This document shows positions 1 to 8,156 of a DNA stretch of 64,000 bases, piece by piece (positions within the stretch are counted from its first letter, which is position 1; each line of letters begins with the position of its first letter). The stretch is taken from positions 5,384-69,383 of the forward strand of contig JAHJJA010000047.1 of assembly GCA_018822885.1 (NCBI GenBank), written 5' to 3'. Source of the DNA: Candidatus Omnitrophota bacterium (GTDB taxonomy: Bacteria; Omnitrophota; Gorgyraeia; Gygaellales; Profunditerraquicolaceae). Made by a program: the position numbers and the translations under genes. The notes below the pieces were generated by a model. That model saw nothing but the letters and a program-made list of their open reading frames with translations. It ran no database searches and was not told the origin of the DNA.

Positions 1-88
1 TATTCTCTCCTGGGGGTTTATTTTATCGTTGTTAATATTTTGTTTTATCAGGGTTTTTTCCAAGAAAAAATTTGACTAGGAGCTCAAG

Positions 89-793
89 ATGATGAATTTC
101 TTTGCGAATTGCCTTACTACTTTAAGCCTTTTGTTCGGGTTTATCTCGATAATCTTTTCTCTTGAGAGCCATTTTACCTTTGCATCCTGGGCGATCATCC
201 TTTCGGTTATCTTTGACGGCCTTGACGGGCATGTCGCGCGTATGAATCCAGTGCCCAGCGAATTCGGCAAGGAGCTTGATTCGCTTGTGGATGTTGTTGC
301 TTTTGGGGTTGCCCCGGTTGTCTTAGGGTATATTTTTGTTTATAGCGAGTTTCATTTCTGGCCTACGGTAGTATTATTTATTTATTTACTTTGTTCTATC
401 CTTCGCCTGGCAAAGTACAATATTACTCCTAAAGAAAAGATGCAAAACTACTTTTACGGTCTGCCTACTACAATGAGCGGGGGCACACTTGCTTCCTTTA
501 TTTTGATCTACAGAAGGTTCACCCAATCCCCTCCTCCGGTACTGTTCTTTTTGTTATTGGCGGCTGTCCTTGCTTTTCTCATGGTTTCCAGGGTCAAATA
601 TGCTAATTTAGACGGCATGAAGCAGATGTTTGGGAAATCGAAGTTTTTGTTATTGCTTGTGCTCTTGATTATCGCGGCCACCTTGTTCTCTTTTTATTGT
701 TTCACGTCGGTATTTTTACCTGAACTGATAGTTCTTGCGATTTTTGCGATTTATTTGATATTTTTCCCTTTCTTTCTGCGGAAATTTGTGTAG
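89..793 (+). CDS. CDP-alcohol phosphatidyltransferase (phosphatidylserine synthase-like)
   Basis: 234-aa multi-TM ORF carrying the CDP-alcohol phosphatidyltransferase signature (DGLDGHVAR...FGKELDSLVD). Exact lipid product not determinable. Confidence 0.65.
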   Translation: MMNFFANCLTTLSLLFGFISIIFSLESHFTFASWAIILSVIFDGLDGHVARMNPVPSEFGKELDSLVDVVAFGVAPVVLGYIFVYSEFHFWPTVVLFIYLLCSILRLAKYNITPKEKMQNYFYGLPTTMSGGTLASFILIYRRFTQSPPPVLFFLLLAAVLAFLMVSRVKYANLDGMKQMFGKSKFLLLLVLLIIAATLFSFYCFTSVFLPELIVLAIFAIYLIFFPFFLRKFV

Positions 794-914
794 AATATTA
801 CAAGTCGCTAGCAATAGCGAACGAGGTGTTTTTAAGTCAAGTTGTTCATAAATTCAAGACCCGATCTTAGGATGAGGTATAGATGGAGTAAGATCGGGTC
901 TTGTAAGCATAGCT

Positions 915-989
915 GCCGAGGTAGCTCAGTGGTAGAGCGCGGCCCTGAAAAGGCCGGCGTGGGAAGTCCGATTCTTCTCCTCGGCACCA
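915..989 (+). tRNA. tRNA-Phe (anticodon GAA)
   Basis: Hand-folded cloverleaf: acceptor GCCGAGG/CCTCGGC, D arm GCTC-AGTGGTA-GAGC, anticodon stem CGGCC/GGCCG with loop CTGAAAA, T arm GGAAG-TCCGATT-CTTCT, discriminator A, CCA encoded. Confidence 0.85.
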
Positions 990-995
990 TTACAT

Positions 996-1030
996 AAAGG
1001 GCAGTCATTATGACTGCCCTTTATGTTTTT
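996..1030 (+). terminator. Rho-independent terminator after tRNA-Phe
   Basis: AAAGGGCAGTCA-tta-TGACTGCCCTTT hairpin followed by ATGTTTTT. Confidence 0.6.
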
Positions 1031-1099
1031 AGTTAAGGGGCGCAGGAAATAAAAAGAAAAAATATCTCTGTTGTGATATAATCAATTACGGAGAAGAAG

Positions 1100-4000
1100 A
1101 TGAAAATAGCTATTCTGACAAATGAATACCCGCCGAATGTATATGGCGGCGCCGGAGTCCATGTTGAATATTTGACCCGCGAACTTTCCAGGCTGGAGAA
1201 CGGCGCGCACGTGGTAAAAGTCTTTTGTTTTGGAGCTCAGAAGGCTGAAAGCGCAAATTTAAGAGTTGAAGGGGTAAGCGCGCAGTATGATTTTCCGGTT
1301 AAAGACGCTCGGCATAAAAAGTTCCTGGATACCATGCTCAAAGACATCATCATTTCAGGTGAGCTTGATGATGTCGATATAGTGCATTGTCATACCTGGT
1401 ACAGCCACTTTGCGGGGCTTATGGTAAAACAGCTGTTAAACATTCCGCTTGTCCTGACAACCCACTCCCTGGAGCCGCACCGGCCGTGGAAAGCCGAACA
1501 GCTCGGTACCGCTTATAACGCGAGTTCCTGGATTGAAAGGACCGCTTATGAAAACGCGGATGGTGTCATAGCGGTCTCTAAAGCAATGAGAAAAGATATC
1601 AAGGACCTCTATAACGTGCCTTCCGAAAGGATCAAAGTAATTTATAACGGCATTGACCTAAATCAATATAAGCCGGTTAAGGACAAGGCAGTCCTTAATA
1701 AATACAAAATAGACCCGAAAATCCCGTATATACTTTTTGTCGGCAGGATCACCAGGCAAAAAGGGATCATCCACCTCGTGAACGCGATCAAGCACATTAA
1801 AGCGGGGCATCAGGTGGTTTTATGCGCGGGCGCTCCTGACACAAAAGAAATAGTGGAGGAAATGAAAGTCAAAGTTGAGAAGGTCAGAAAAGAAACAAAG
1901 AATAAAGTCATCTGGATAGAGGAAATGGTTTCTAAAGAAGATATCATAGCGCTTTATTCACAGGCAGCACTTTTTGTCTGTCCCTCGGTTTATGAGCCTT
2001 TTGGCATAATCAATATTGAGGCAATGGCGTGCGAGACCCCGGTAGTCGCGACAAAAGTAGGAGGCATCCCTGAAATAGTCGTGCCAAATGAAACAGGGTT
2101 ACTGGTGCCGATCCAGCACAAAGGCGCCAATGACTTCGAGCCGGTTGAGCCGGAAAAATTCTCAGAGGATTTAGCTTGCGCGATCAATTCTATCATAGAC
2201 GATGCCGGTAAACTTAGAGATATGGGGCTTAAGTCAAGGCAGCGGGTAGTGGAGCTTTTCAGCTGGAAGAGTATAGCCGAGGAGACCCTTGATTTTTATA
2301 AGCACCTTATTGAAAAGAAGGGTGCGCTAGACGTCAAAGGTAAACAGCGTGTGACTATTGAAAAGGTCCTGCCTGAGGTGGACAATGGAAAATATCCGAT
2401 AAAAAGGGTGCCCGGACAGCGCGTGAAAGTCATGGCCCATATTATTTCAGATGGGCACGATGAGAAGACGGCTTTTCTTCATTATTCTCATGCTTCGGAT
2501 AAGACATGGCAGGAAAAAGAACTGCTCCTGCAATATAACGACGAATATCTCGGGGATTTTGAGATTGAAAAAGAAGGTACCTATTTTTACACGGTGCGTT
2601 CCTGGATCGACCACTTTAAGACCTGGCGCAGCGAACTCGAGAAAAAGATCGCGGTAAAACAGGATGTTGCTGTAGATCTTTTAATAGGCGTTTCTTTGAT
2701 AGAGGAAGCATTGGGAAGGGCAGGGAAGAAAGATGGGGAGAAATTATCCGGATATATTGAAAAAATTAAACGTAAGGGTAAGGATCAGATAAAAGCAGCT
2801 TTGAGTAAAGAGCTCCTTGAGCTTATGAAAAAATATCCTGAAAAGGCCCTTATCTCGCAATATCACAACGAACTTGAAGTGAAAGTGGAGAGGGACAGGG
2901 CATCTTTTAGCAGCTGGTACGAGATGTTTCCTCGTTCAACTTCCAGGGTGATAGGTAAGCATGGGACCTTTAAGGATTGTGAGAAACTGCTTCCGGAAAT
3001 CGCAGGTATGGGTTTTGATGTTCTATATTTTCCACCCATCCACCCAATAGGGGTAAAAAACAGGAAGGGCAAGAATAATTCTATAAAAGCCACAGCTTCA
3101 GATCCGGGTAGCCCTTGGGCAATAGGTGGGAAGGAGGGCGGGCATAAAGCAATACATCCAGAGCTGGGGAGTTTTGAGGATTTTGCTTCGCTGGTTGCCA
3201 AGGCCAAAAAACACGGGATGGAGATAGCTCTTGATATTGCTTTTCAGTGTTCAAATGACCATCCGTATATCAAAGAGCATCCCGAGTGGTTCTCCTGGAG
3301 GCCGGATAGGACTATCCAGCACGCTGAAAACCCACCGAAAAAATATGAAGATATCGTCCCTTTTAATTTTAGAACAGACAACTGGAAAGAGTTGTGGGAA
3401 GAGTTAAAATCAATTTTCATCTTCTGGGCACAAAAGGGGGTAAGGATATTCAGGGTAGACAATCCTCACACAAAGCCGGTCGCCTTCTGGGAATGGCTAA
3501 TAGCCGAGGTAAAAAAAGAATATCCTGACACACTCTTTCTTTCCGAGGCTTTTACCAGGCCGAAGATGATGAACATGCTTGCAAAAGTTGGTTTTTCACA
3601 GTCATATACTTACTTCACCTGGAGAAATACAAAGCATGAGCTTGTCGAATATATTAATGACTTGACCAAGACCGCAGCTGCTGAGTTTTTCAGGCCGAAT
3701 TTCTGGCCGAATACTCCTGATATCCTGCACGAATACCTGCAGAAAGGAGGCAGGCCCGCTTTTATCATACGGCTTGTGCTTGCAGGCACGATTTCTTCTA
3801 ATTACGGGATATATGGGGGCGCCTACATAACCTGCCAGAACGAGCCCTATCCGGGTAAAGAAGAGTATGTAAACAACGAAAAGTATGAATTAAAAAACTG
3901 GAATCTAAACGCGCCGGGCAATATTAAGAAAGAAGTCACCCTAATAAACAAGATCAGGAAGGAAAACCCGGCGTTTCAGGAAACAAACAATATAAGCCTC

Positions 4001-4267
4001 AGGGAAACGAATAACCCCAACATAATTTCTTATGTAAAAGCCACTAGAGATCTGTCCAGCGTAATTTTGACCGTTGTAAATCTTGACCCGCGCAACACGC
4101 ATGCGGGCCTGGTAAGTGTGCCTTTAGGCGAACTTGGCTTGCCGGACGACGAAGATTATGAAGTCGAGGATTTATTGAACAATGAAACTTATATCTGGAA
4201 TGGCGAGTGGAACTATGTTGAACTTGATCCTGCCATAACCCCTGCTCATATATTTCGGATCAAGTGA
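1100..4267 (+). CDS. glgE: Bifunctional GT4 glycosyltransferase (glycogen synthase/GlgM-like) fused to alpha-1,4-glucan:maltose-1-phosphate maltosyltransferase (GlgE)
   Basis: The N-terminal ~400 aa has a GT4/glycogen-synthase fold (KIAILTNEYPP..GGAGVHV..., EPFGIINIEAMACETPVVAT..GGIPEIV). Residues ~410-560 match the GlgE N-terminal domain (VTIEKVLPEVDNGKYPIKRVPGQRVKVMAHIISDGHD). The rest is the GlgE GH13_3 catalytic core (FDVLYFPPIHPIG..., RIFRVDNPHTKP, FLSEAFTRPK). Confidence 0.75.
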   Translation: MKIAILTNEYPPNVYGGAGVHVEYLTRELSRLENGAHVVKVFCFGAQKAESANLRVEGVSAQYDFPVKDARHKKFLDTMLKDIIISGELDDVDIVHCHTWYSHFAGLMVKQLLNIPLVLTTHSLEPHRPWKAEQLGTAYNASSWIERTAYENADGVIAVSKAMRKDIKDLYNVPSERIKVIYNGIDLNQYKPVKDKAVLNKYKIDPKIPYILFVGRITRQKGIIHLVNAIKHIKAGHQVVLCAGAPDTKEIVEEMKVKVEKVRKETKNKVIWIEEMVSKEDIIALYSQAALFVCPSVYEPFGIINIEAMACETPVVATKVGGIPEIVVPNETGLLVPIQHKGANDFEPVEPEKFSEDLACAINSIIDDAGKLRDMGLKSRQRVVELFSWKSIAEETLDFYKHLIEKKGALDVKGKQRVTIEKVLPEVDNGKYPIKRVPGQRVKVMAHIISDGHDEKTAFLHYSHASDKTWQEKELLLQYNDEYLGDFEIEKEGTYFYTVRSWIDHFKTWRSELEKKIAVKQDVAVDLLIGVSLIEEALGRAGKKDGEKLSGYIEKIKRKGKDQIKAALSKELLELMKKYPEKALISQYHNELEVKVERDRASFSSWYEMFPRSTSRVIGKHGTFKDCEKLLPEIAGMGFDVLYFPPIHPIGVKNRKGKNNSIKATASDPGSPWAIGGKEGGHKAIHPELGSFEDFASLVAKAKKHGMEIALDIAFQCSNDHPYIKEHPEWFSWRPDRTIQHAENPPKKYEDIVPFNFRTDNWKELWEELKSIFIFWAQKGVRIFRVDNPHTKPVAFWEWLIAEVKKEYPDTLFLSEAFTRPKMMNMLAKVGFSQSYTYFTWRNTKHELVEYINDLTKTAAAEFFRPNFWPNTPDILHEYLQKGGRPAFIIRLVLAGTISSNYGIYGGAYITCQNEPYPGKEEYVNNEKYELKNWNLNAPGNIKKEVTLINKIRKENPAFQETNNISLRETNNPNIISYVKATRDLSSVILTVVNLDPRNTHAGLVSVPLGELGLPDDEDYEVEDLLNNETYIWNGEWNYVELDPAITPAHIFRIK

Positions 4268-4299
4268 ACAGACAGCTAAATTAGGTATTTTCTGCATCC

Positions 4300-4340
4300 A
4301 AAAAGAAAAACCCCGCAGCCAGATTTCTCTGCGGGGTTTT
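4300..4340. terminator. Bidirectional intrinsic terminator between glgE fusion (+) and csp (-)
   Basis: A-run, then CCCCGCAG-N10-CTGCGGGG, then TTTT. Gives a U-tract on either strand. Confidence 0.7.
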
Positions 4341-4360
4341 GTGTGTCAGAATGCTTTAGC

Positions 4361-4561
4361 TTATATTTTCGAAACGTTGGTTGCCTGGTCGCCCTTAGGC
4401 CCCTGGGTAACTTCGTATTCGACTGCGTCGCCTTCTGCTAAGGATTTATAGCCTTCTGACTTGATCGCGCTGTAGTGTACAAAGACGTCTTTTCCATCCT
4501 CGCCAGTGACAAAGCCGTAACCCTTTTGGTTCGAGAACCACTTTACTTTGCCTTTTGCCAT
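4361..4561 (-). CDS. csp: Cold-shock protein (CspA family)
   Basis: 66 aa, [18 protein letters not shown]...VFVHYSAI with RNP1/RNP2 motifs. Confidence 0.9.
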   Translation of the reverse strand: MAKGKVKWFSNQKGYGFVTGEDGKDVFVHYSAIKSEGYKSLAEGDAVEYEVTQGPKGDQATNVSKI

Positions 4562-4682
4562 TTATTTCTGTTCACCCCCTTTACAACAAAAAAACCGTAA
4601 AGCGTTTTGTTTAGTTCTTTGCTTTTACGGTTTCGTCCATGTTACTAATCGCTATGCTCCTTTGTTTCTGTAGCTTGAAAAT

Positions 4683-4710
4683 AATATAACACATTTTTTT
4701 ATATTGTCAA
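4683..4710 (-). promoter_or_regulatory. Sigma70-type promoter for csp with ~115-nt 5'UTR
   Basis: Minus strand reads TTGACA-N16-TATATT (plus 4705-4710 and 4683-4688). A long 5'UTR is typical of cspA-like genes. Confidence 0.5.
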
Positions 4711-4752
4711 TCTAAACTTTATGCTATAATTACATAAATATTTTAGCAGTTT

Positions 4753-4985
4753 GCCGATGTAGCTTAAGCCCCGAAAGGCGCTTCGTGCATTCGGGTCCCG
4801 ACTTACGACATTAGATGTCGTTTGGTCGGAACGTCGGGATTGGTAGATTGGTGGTAGGATTATCATATGCCGATGTAGCTCAGCCCCGACGCTCGCTTAC
4901 GCTCGGTCGGGGTCCCGACTTCCGACACTAGATGTCGTTTGGTCGGAACGTCGGGATTGGTAGATTGGTGGTAGGATTATCATAT
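4753..4985 (+). repeat. Two tandem ~116-nt structured repeat units abutting tRNA-Thr, each starting with a copy of the tRNA's first 15 nt
   Basis: Unit 1 is 4753-4868 and unit 2 is 4869-4985. Both begin GCCGATGTAGCT(T/C)A, matching the tRNA-Thr 5' end. Each has a GC-clamped hairpin (CCCGAA-N14-TTCGGG in unit 1, CCCCGAC-GCTCGCTTACGCTCG-GTCGGGG in unit 2) whose stem changes are compensatory. A second hairpin TCCCGAC-N30-GTCGGGA follows in both. Confidence 0.7.
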
Positions 4986-5058
4986 GCCGATGTAGCTCAG
5001 TTGGTAGAGCAGCGCTTTCGTAAAGCGCGGGCCGGAGGTTCGATCCCTCTCATCGGCT
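4986..5058 (+). tRNA. tRNA-Thr (anticodon CGT)
   Basis: Acceptor GCCGATG/CATCGGC, D arm GCTC-AGTTGGTA-GAGC, anticodon stem GCGCT/AGCGC with loop TTCGTAA, T arm GGAGG-TTCGATC-CCTCT. CCA not encoded. Confidence 0.85.
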
Positions 5059-5071
5059 AAATTTTGTCTTT

Positions 5072-6328
5072 ATGCCCAAAATAAGAGAAGTATTAAAGAA
5101 CCGCGATTTCTTTTTGTTGTGGGTCGGCCAGATAATCTCCCAACTTGGTGACAGGTTGGGGTTTATGGCCCTGATCGGTTTTGCCTATTCTAAAAAAGAC
5201 CAAGGTTCGCCCGCCGAAATATTCAAGATCCTCCTGTTTACGATAATCCCGGTTTTTCTTATCGGCCCGATAGCCGGGGCTTATGTGGACAGGTGGGACA
5301 GGCGCAGGACGATGTATCTTTGCGACCTTCTGCGGATGCTCTTGGTTTTGATCATCCCGTTTTTTTTATTTTATCAGAGGAATCTGCCCATAGCTTATTG
5401 TATCATATTCCTGATCTTCTGTCTGGCGCGTTTCTTTGTGCCTGCGAAGTTAGCTATTGTTCCTGATCTGGTGGAGAAGAAACATCTTTTAATGGCTAAT
5501 TCGCTGGTGAATGTGACAGGGATGATCGCTTTTGTCATCGGCTCTGGAGTCGGAGGTGTCTTGGTAGAATGGGTGGGGGCTGAAAAGGGGTTCTATCTGG
5601 ATGCCTTGAGTTTTCTTGTCTCCGCATTGCTAATATTCTCTATTTCGACCCGCTGGGCAGTGAAAATGAACTTTAAGAGGATAAGCGGAGAGATAGTCGA
5701 GGTGATCAAGAAGTCAGTTGCGCAGGAAATAAAAGAGGGGTTTATTTATTTTGTAAGCAAAAAGGATATAAGATTTACTTCCTGGATTCTCTTTGTAGTA
5801 GCTTCTGCTTTAGGCATTCTATCGGTTGTCTCTATCGTATTTATCCAAAATACCCTGCACTCTGCGACTAAAGACCTTGGGCTTTTGATCATGTTTTTAG
5901 GGGCAGGGCTGTTTGTGGGGACGCTTGCTTACGGGAAATTCTGCCAAAGGGTCTCTCATTATAAGGCGATCTTTGTGGCATTTATCTTAAGCGGCGGCCT
6001 GATCATCTGCTTTACCTTAAGTTTAAGCAGGTATCCTCATTTTGGCATTGCCATGGCCCTTGCGTTGATGTTCGGGTTGTTGGTCTCGCCGATCATGTCT
6101 GTGGTCAATACTATTATCCATAAGACCAGCGATAATGATATGCGGGGCAAGATCTTTAGCTCCTTAGAAATCGTAATGCATTTTGGATTTTTATTATTCA
6201 TGTGGATAAGCAGTATCCTCGCGGAGCGTTTTTCAAATTCGCTAATACTTGTAATCGTCGGGTGTGTTTTTATCGCGCTGGGTATTATTAATCTTATTTT
6301 TCATCGTAGGATTCCATGGTTAGATTAG
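5072..6328 (+). CDS. MFS transporter
   Basis: 418 aa, 12 predicted TM segments, MFS-like N-terminus with conserved GxxxDRxGRR-like motif (YVDRWDRRRT). Confidence 0.65.
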   Translation: MPKIREVLKNRDFFLLWVGQIISQLGDRLGFMALIGFAYSKKDQGSPAEIFKILLFTIIPVFLIGPIAGAYVDRWDRRRTMYLCDLLRMLLVLIIPFFLFYQRNLPIAYCIIFLIFCLARFFVPAKLAIVPDLVEKKHLLMANSLVNVTGMIAFVIGSGVGGVLVEWVGAEKGFYLDALSFLVSALLIFSISTRWAVKMNFKRISGEIVEVIKKSVAQEIKEGFIYFVSKKDIRFTSWILFVVASALGILSVVSIVFIQNTLHSATKDLGLLIMFLGAGLFVGTLAYGKFCQRVSHYKAIFVAFILSGGLIICFTLSLSRYPHFGIAMALALMFGLLVSPIMSVVNTIIHKTSDNDMRGKIFSSLEIVMHFGFLLFMWISSILAERFSNSLILVIVGCVFIALGIINLIFHRRIPWLD

Positions 6329-7623
6329 AAGAGCATAAACAGCAAACAGAACATAAGGCGATAGAAAACCTTCCCATGCCGCAGAGGGTCTATATTACTT
6401 TATCCCAGCATCTGGGTAAGGTGTGCGAGCCTTTAGTTAAGGTTGGGGATCCGGTATTTTTGGGGCAGAAGATAGCCGCTGCTCAGGCGCATGTATTTTC
6501 ACTGGTATATTCTTCTGTTTCCGGCAAAGTAGGCGCGATCCAGGAGTGGCCGCATCCTGTGTTGGGGCGCTGCAAAGCAATCGTGATCGAGAATGACGGG
6601 TTAGATAAGTTACAAGTTCAGAAGGTCGCCAGGTCACAAGAAGAAGTAGGCAGATTGACTCCCGAAGTAATACGTAACATCGTATTCGAGGCCGGGATAG
6701 TCGGGATGGGCGGGGCAAGTTTCCCGTCGCATATAAAACTTAATCCTCCGAAGCCTGTGGATATATTAGTTATTAACGGCGCTGAATGCGAGCCGTATTT
6801 GACCAGTGACTCAAGGCTTATGATTGAGAAGGCAAAGGAGATTCTTCTGGGTTCAGAGCTGGTGGCTAAATGCGTCGGGGCCAAGGATGTCTATATAGGT
6901 ATTGAAGATAATAAGCCGGAAGCGATTGAGATTATAACTCACCAGGTCACAAAGTCACCCTCTGACTTCGCAAGAGGTGGGCAAAGTTACAAGTTGAAAG
7001 TGCTAAAATCCGCTTATCCGCAAGGAGGGGAGAAGCAGCTTATAAAGAATGTTTTAGGAAAAGAAGTGCCTTCAGGTAAGCTGCCTTTTGATATCGGGGT
7101 GGTGGTGCAGAATGTGGCTACTTGTTTTGCTATATATGAAGCGGTTTATTTAGGTAAGCCGTTATATGAAAGAGTGGTCACAGTGACAGGGGATTGCCTT
7201 GAAAGCCCCAAGAATCTTCTTGCGCGCATTGGCACGCCGATAAAAGAATTAATAGATTTTTGTGGCCCCCGGAGTAAAGAACCATCAAAGATAATCATGG
7301 GAGGTCCGATGATGGGGTTTGCGCAATTTACTGACCAGGTCCCGGTAATTAAAAGCACAAACGGCGTCCTGGTTTTATCCGACACCGGTTACAAGACAAT
7401 AGAAGACGCTCTTTGCATACGTTGCAGTCGCTGTGTCCAGGAGTGTCCGGTGGGCCTTATGCCTTGCCTTATTGCTATGGCTTCGCAGAAAGAAAGGTGG
7501 GATCTGGCTAATGATCACAGATGCATGGACTGTATGGAGTGTGGTGTATGCAGTTATACCTGTCCGCAGAAGATAAATCTCGTCCAGCTAATAAAGCAGG
7601 CAAAAATGAAGGTGGCAAGATGA
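6316..7623 (+). CDS. rnfC: Rnf electron transport complex subunit C
   Basis: 435 aa with GMGGASFP motif, NGAECEPYLTSD, and two 4Fe-4S CxxCxxCxxxCP motifs. Confidence 0.85.
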   Translation: MVRLEEHKQQTEHKAIENLPMPQRVYITLSQHLGKVCEPLVKVGDPVFLGQKIAAAQAHVFSLVYSSVSGKVGAIQEWPHPVLGRCKAIVIENDGLDKLQVQKVARSQEEVGRLTPEVIRNIVFEAGIVGMGGASFPSHIKLNPPKPVDILVINGAECEPYLTSDSRLMIEKAKEILLGSELVAKCVGAKDVYIGIEDNKPEAIEIITHQVTKSPSDFARGGQSYKLKVLKSAYPQGGEKQLIKNVLGKEVPSGKLPFDIGVVVQNVATCFAIYEAVYLGKPLYERVVTVTGDCLESPKNLLARIGTPIKELIDFCGPRSKEPSKIIMGGPMMGFAQFTDQVPVIKSTNGVLVLSDTGYKTIEDALCIRCSRCVQECPVGLMPCLIAMASQKERWDLANDHRCMDCMECGVCSYTCPQKINLVQLIKQAKMKVAR

Positions 7624-8156
7624 AAGAGATAGTCAGGTACAGTTTGGTGTTAGGGGTGATCTGTTTTATTTCCGGGACGCTTTTGGCTGTGGTCAATAGC
7701 GCTGCACAGCCAAAGATCGCGCTCCAGAAGGAGGAGGCAGAGAAGCTGGCGCTTAAAGAGGTAGTCCCTCAAGCGGATGATTTTAGACCGGTAAAGGAAG
7801 GCGAGAAGTTACTCTATTACAGCGCTTATAATAAATCGGGTAAACTTATGGGTTTTGCTATTAAAACCGAAGCAACAGGATACTCTTCCGACATCCAGGC
7901 CCTGACAGGGCTTGGTCTTGATTTTAATATAATCTGTGTTAAGGTATTATCTCAAAATGAGACCCCCGGGCTTGGCAGCAGGATAGAGGAGACGTCTTTT
8001 CTAGAGCAATTTAAAGGCAAGGATCTTGGGTCATTTGATAAAATAGAGGCGATAAGCGGAGCTACTATTTCTTCCTCGGCCCTGATGGATTCGATTAAAA
8101 AGAAGATCTCCGAGACTAAAGATGAATTACAAAGAGAGATAAAGAATGCAAAATAA
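7620..8156 (+). CDS. rnfG: Rnf subunit G (FMN-binding)
   Basis: Start ATG at 7620 overlaps the rnfC stop (ATGA) and follows an AAGGTGG RBS. N-terminal TM helix, ETPGLG motif and SGATISS FMN-attachment motif. The ORF-track start at 7521 is rejected. Confidence 0.8.
   Translation: MKEIVRYSLVLGVICFISGTLLAVVNSAAQPKIALQKEEAEKLALKEVVPQADDFRPVKEGEKLLYYSAYNKSGKLMGFAIKTEATGYSSDIQALTGLGLDFNIICVKVLSQNETPGLGSRIEETSFLEQFKGKDLGSFDKIEAISGATISSSALMDSIKKKISETKDELQREIKNAK

Noticed and set aside
1990-3462. Several antisense ORFs inside the GlgE fusion gene (1990..2196-, 2451..2657+, 2863..3207-, 3244..3462-). Similar ORFs lie inside ftsH, eno, bamA, lpxD, topA and others.
   Set aside because: They are embedded in, or antisense to, long well-supported genes. 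They have no RBS and low-complexity translations. They are treated as non-coding shadows.
4753-4985. Possible CRISPR array, suggested by regular direct repeats next to a tRNA
   Set aside because: Only two units. The 116-117-nt period consists of near-identical units with no unique spacers. There are no cas genes in the window. Units are tRNA-derived or structured rather than short palindromic repeats.
7521-7619. ORF-track start of rnfG at 7521 (MHGLYGVW...) overlapping rnfC by 100 nt
   Set aside because: The N-terminal extension is hydrophilic junk in the rnfC +1 frame. The ATG at 7620 with an AAGGTGG RBS and ATGA stop/start coupling gives the expected RnfG signal-anchor N-terminus.
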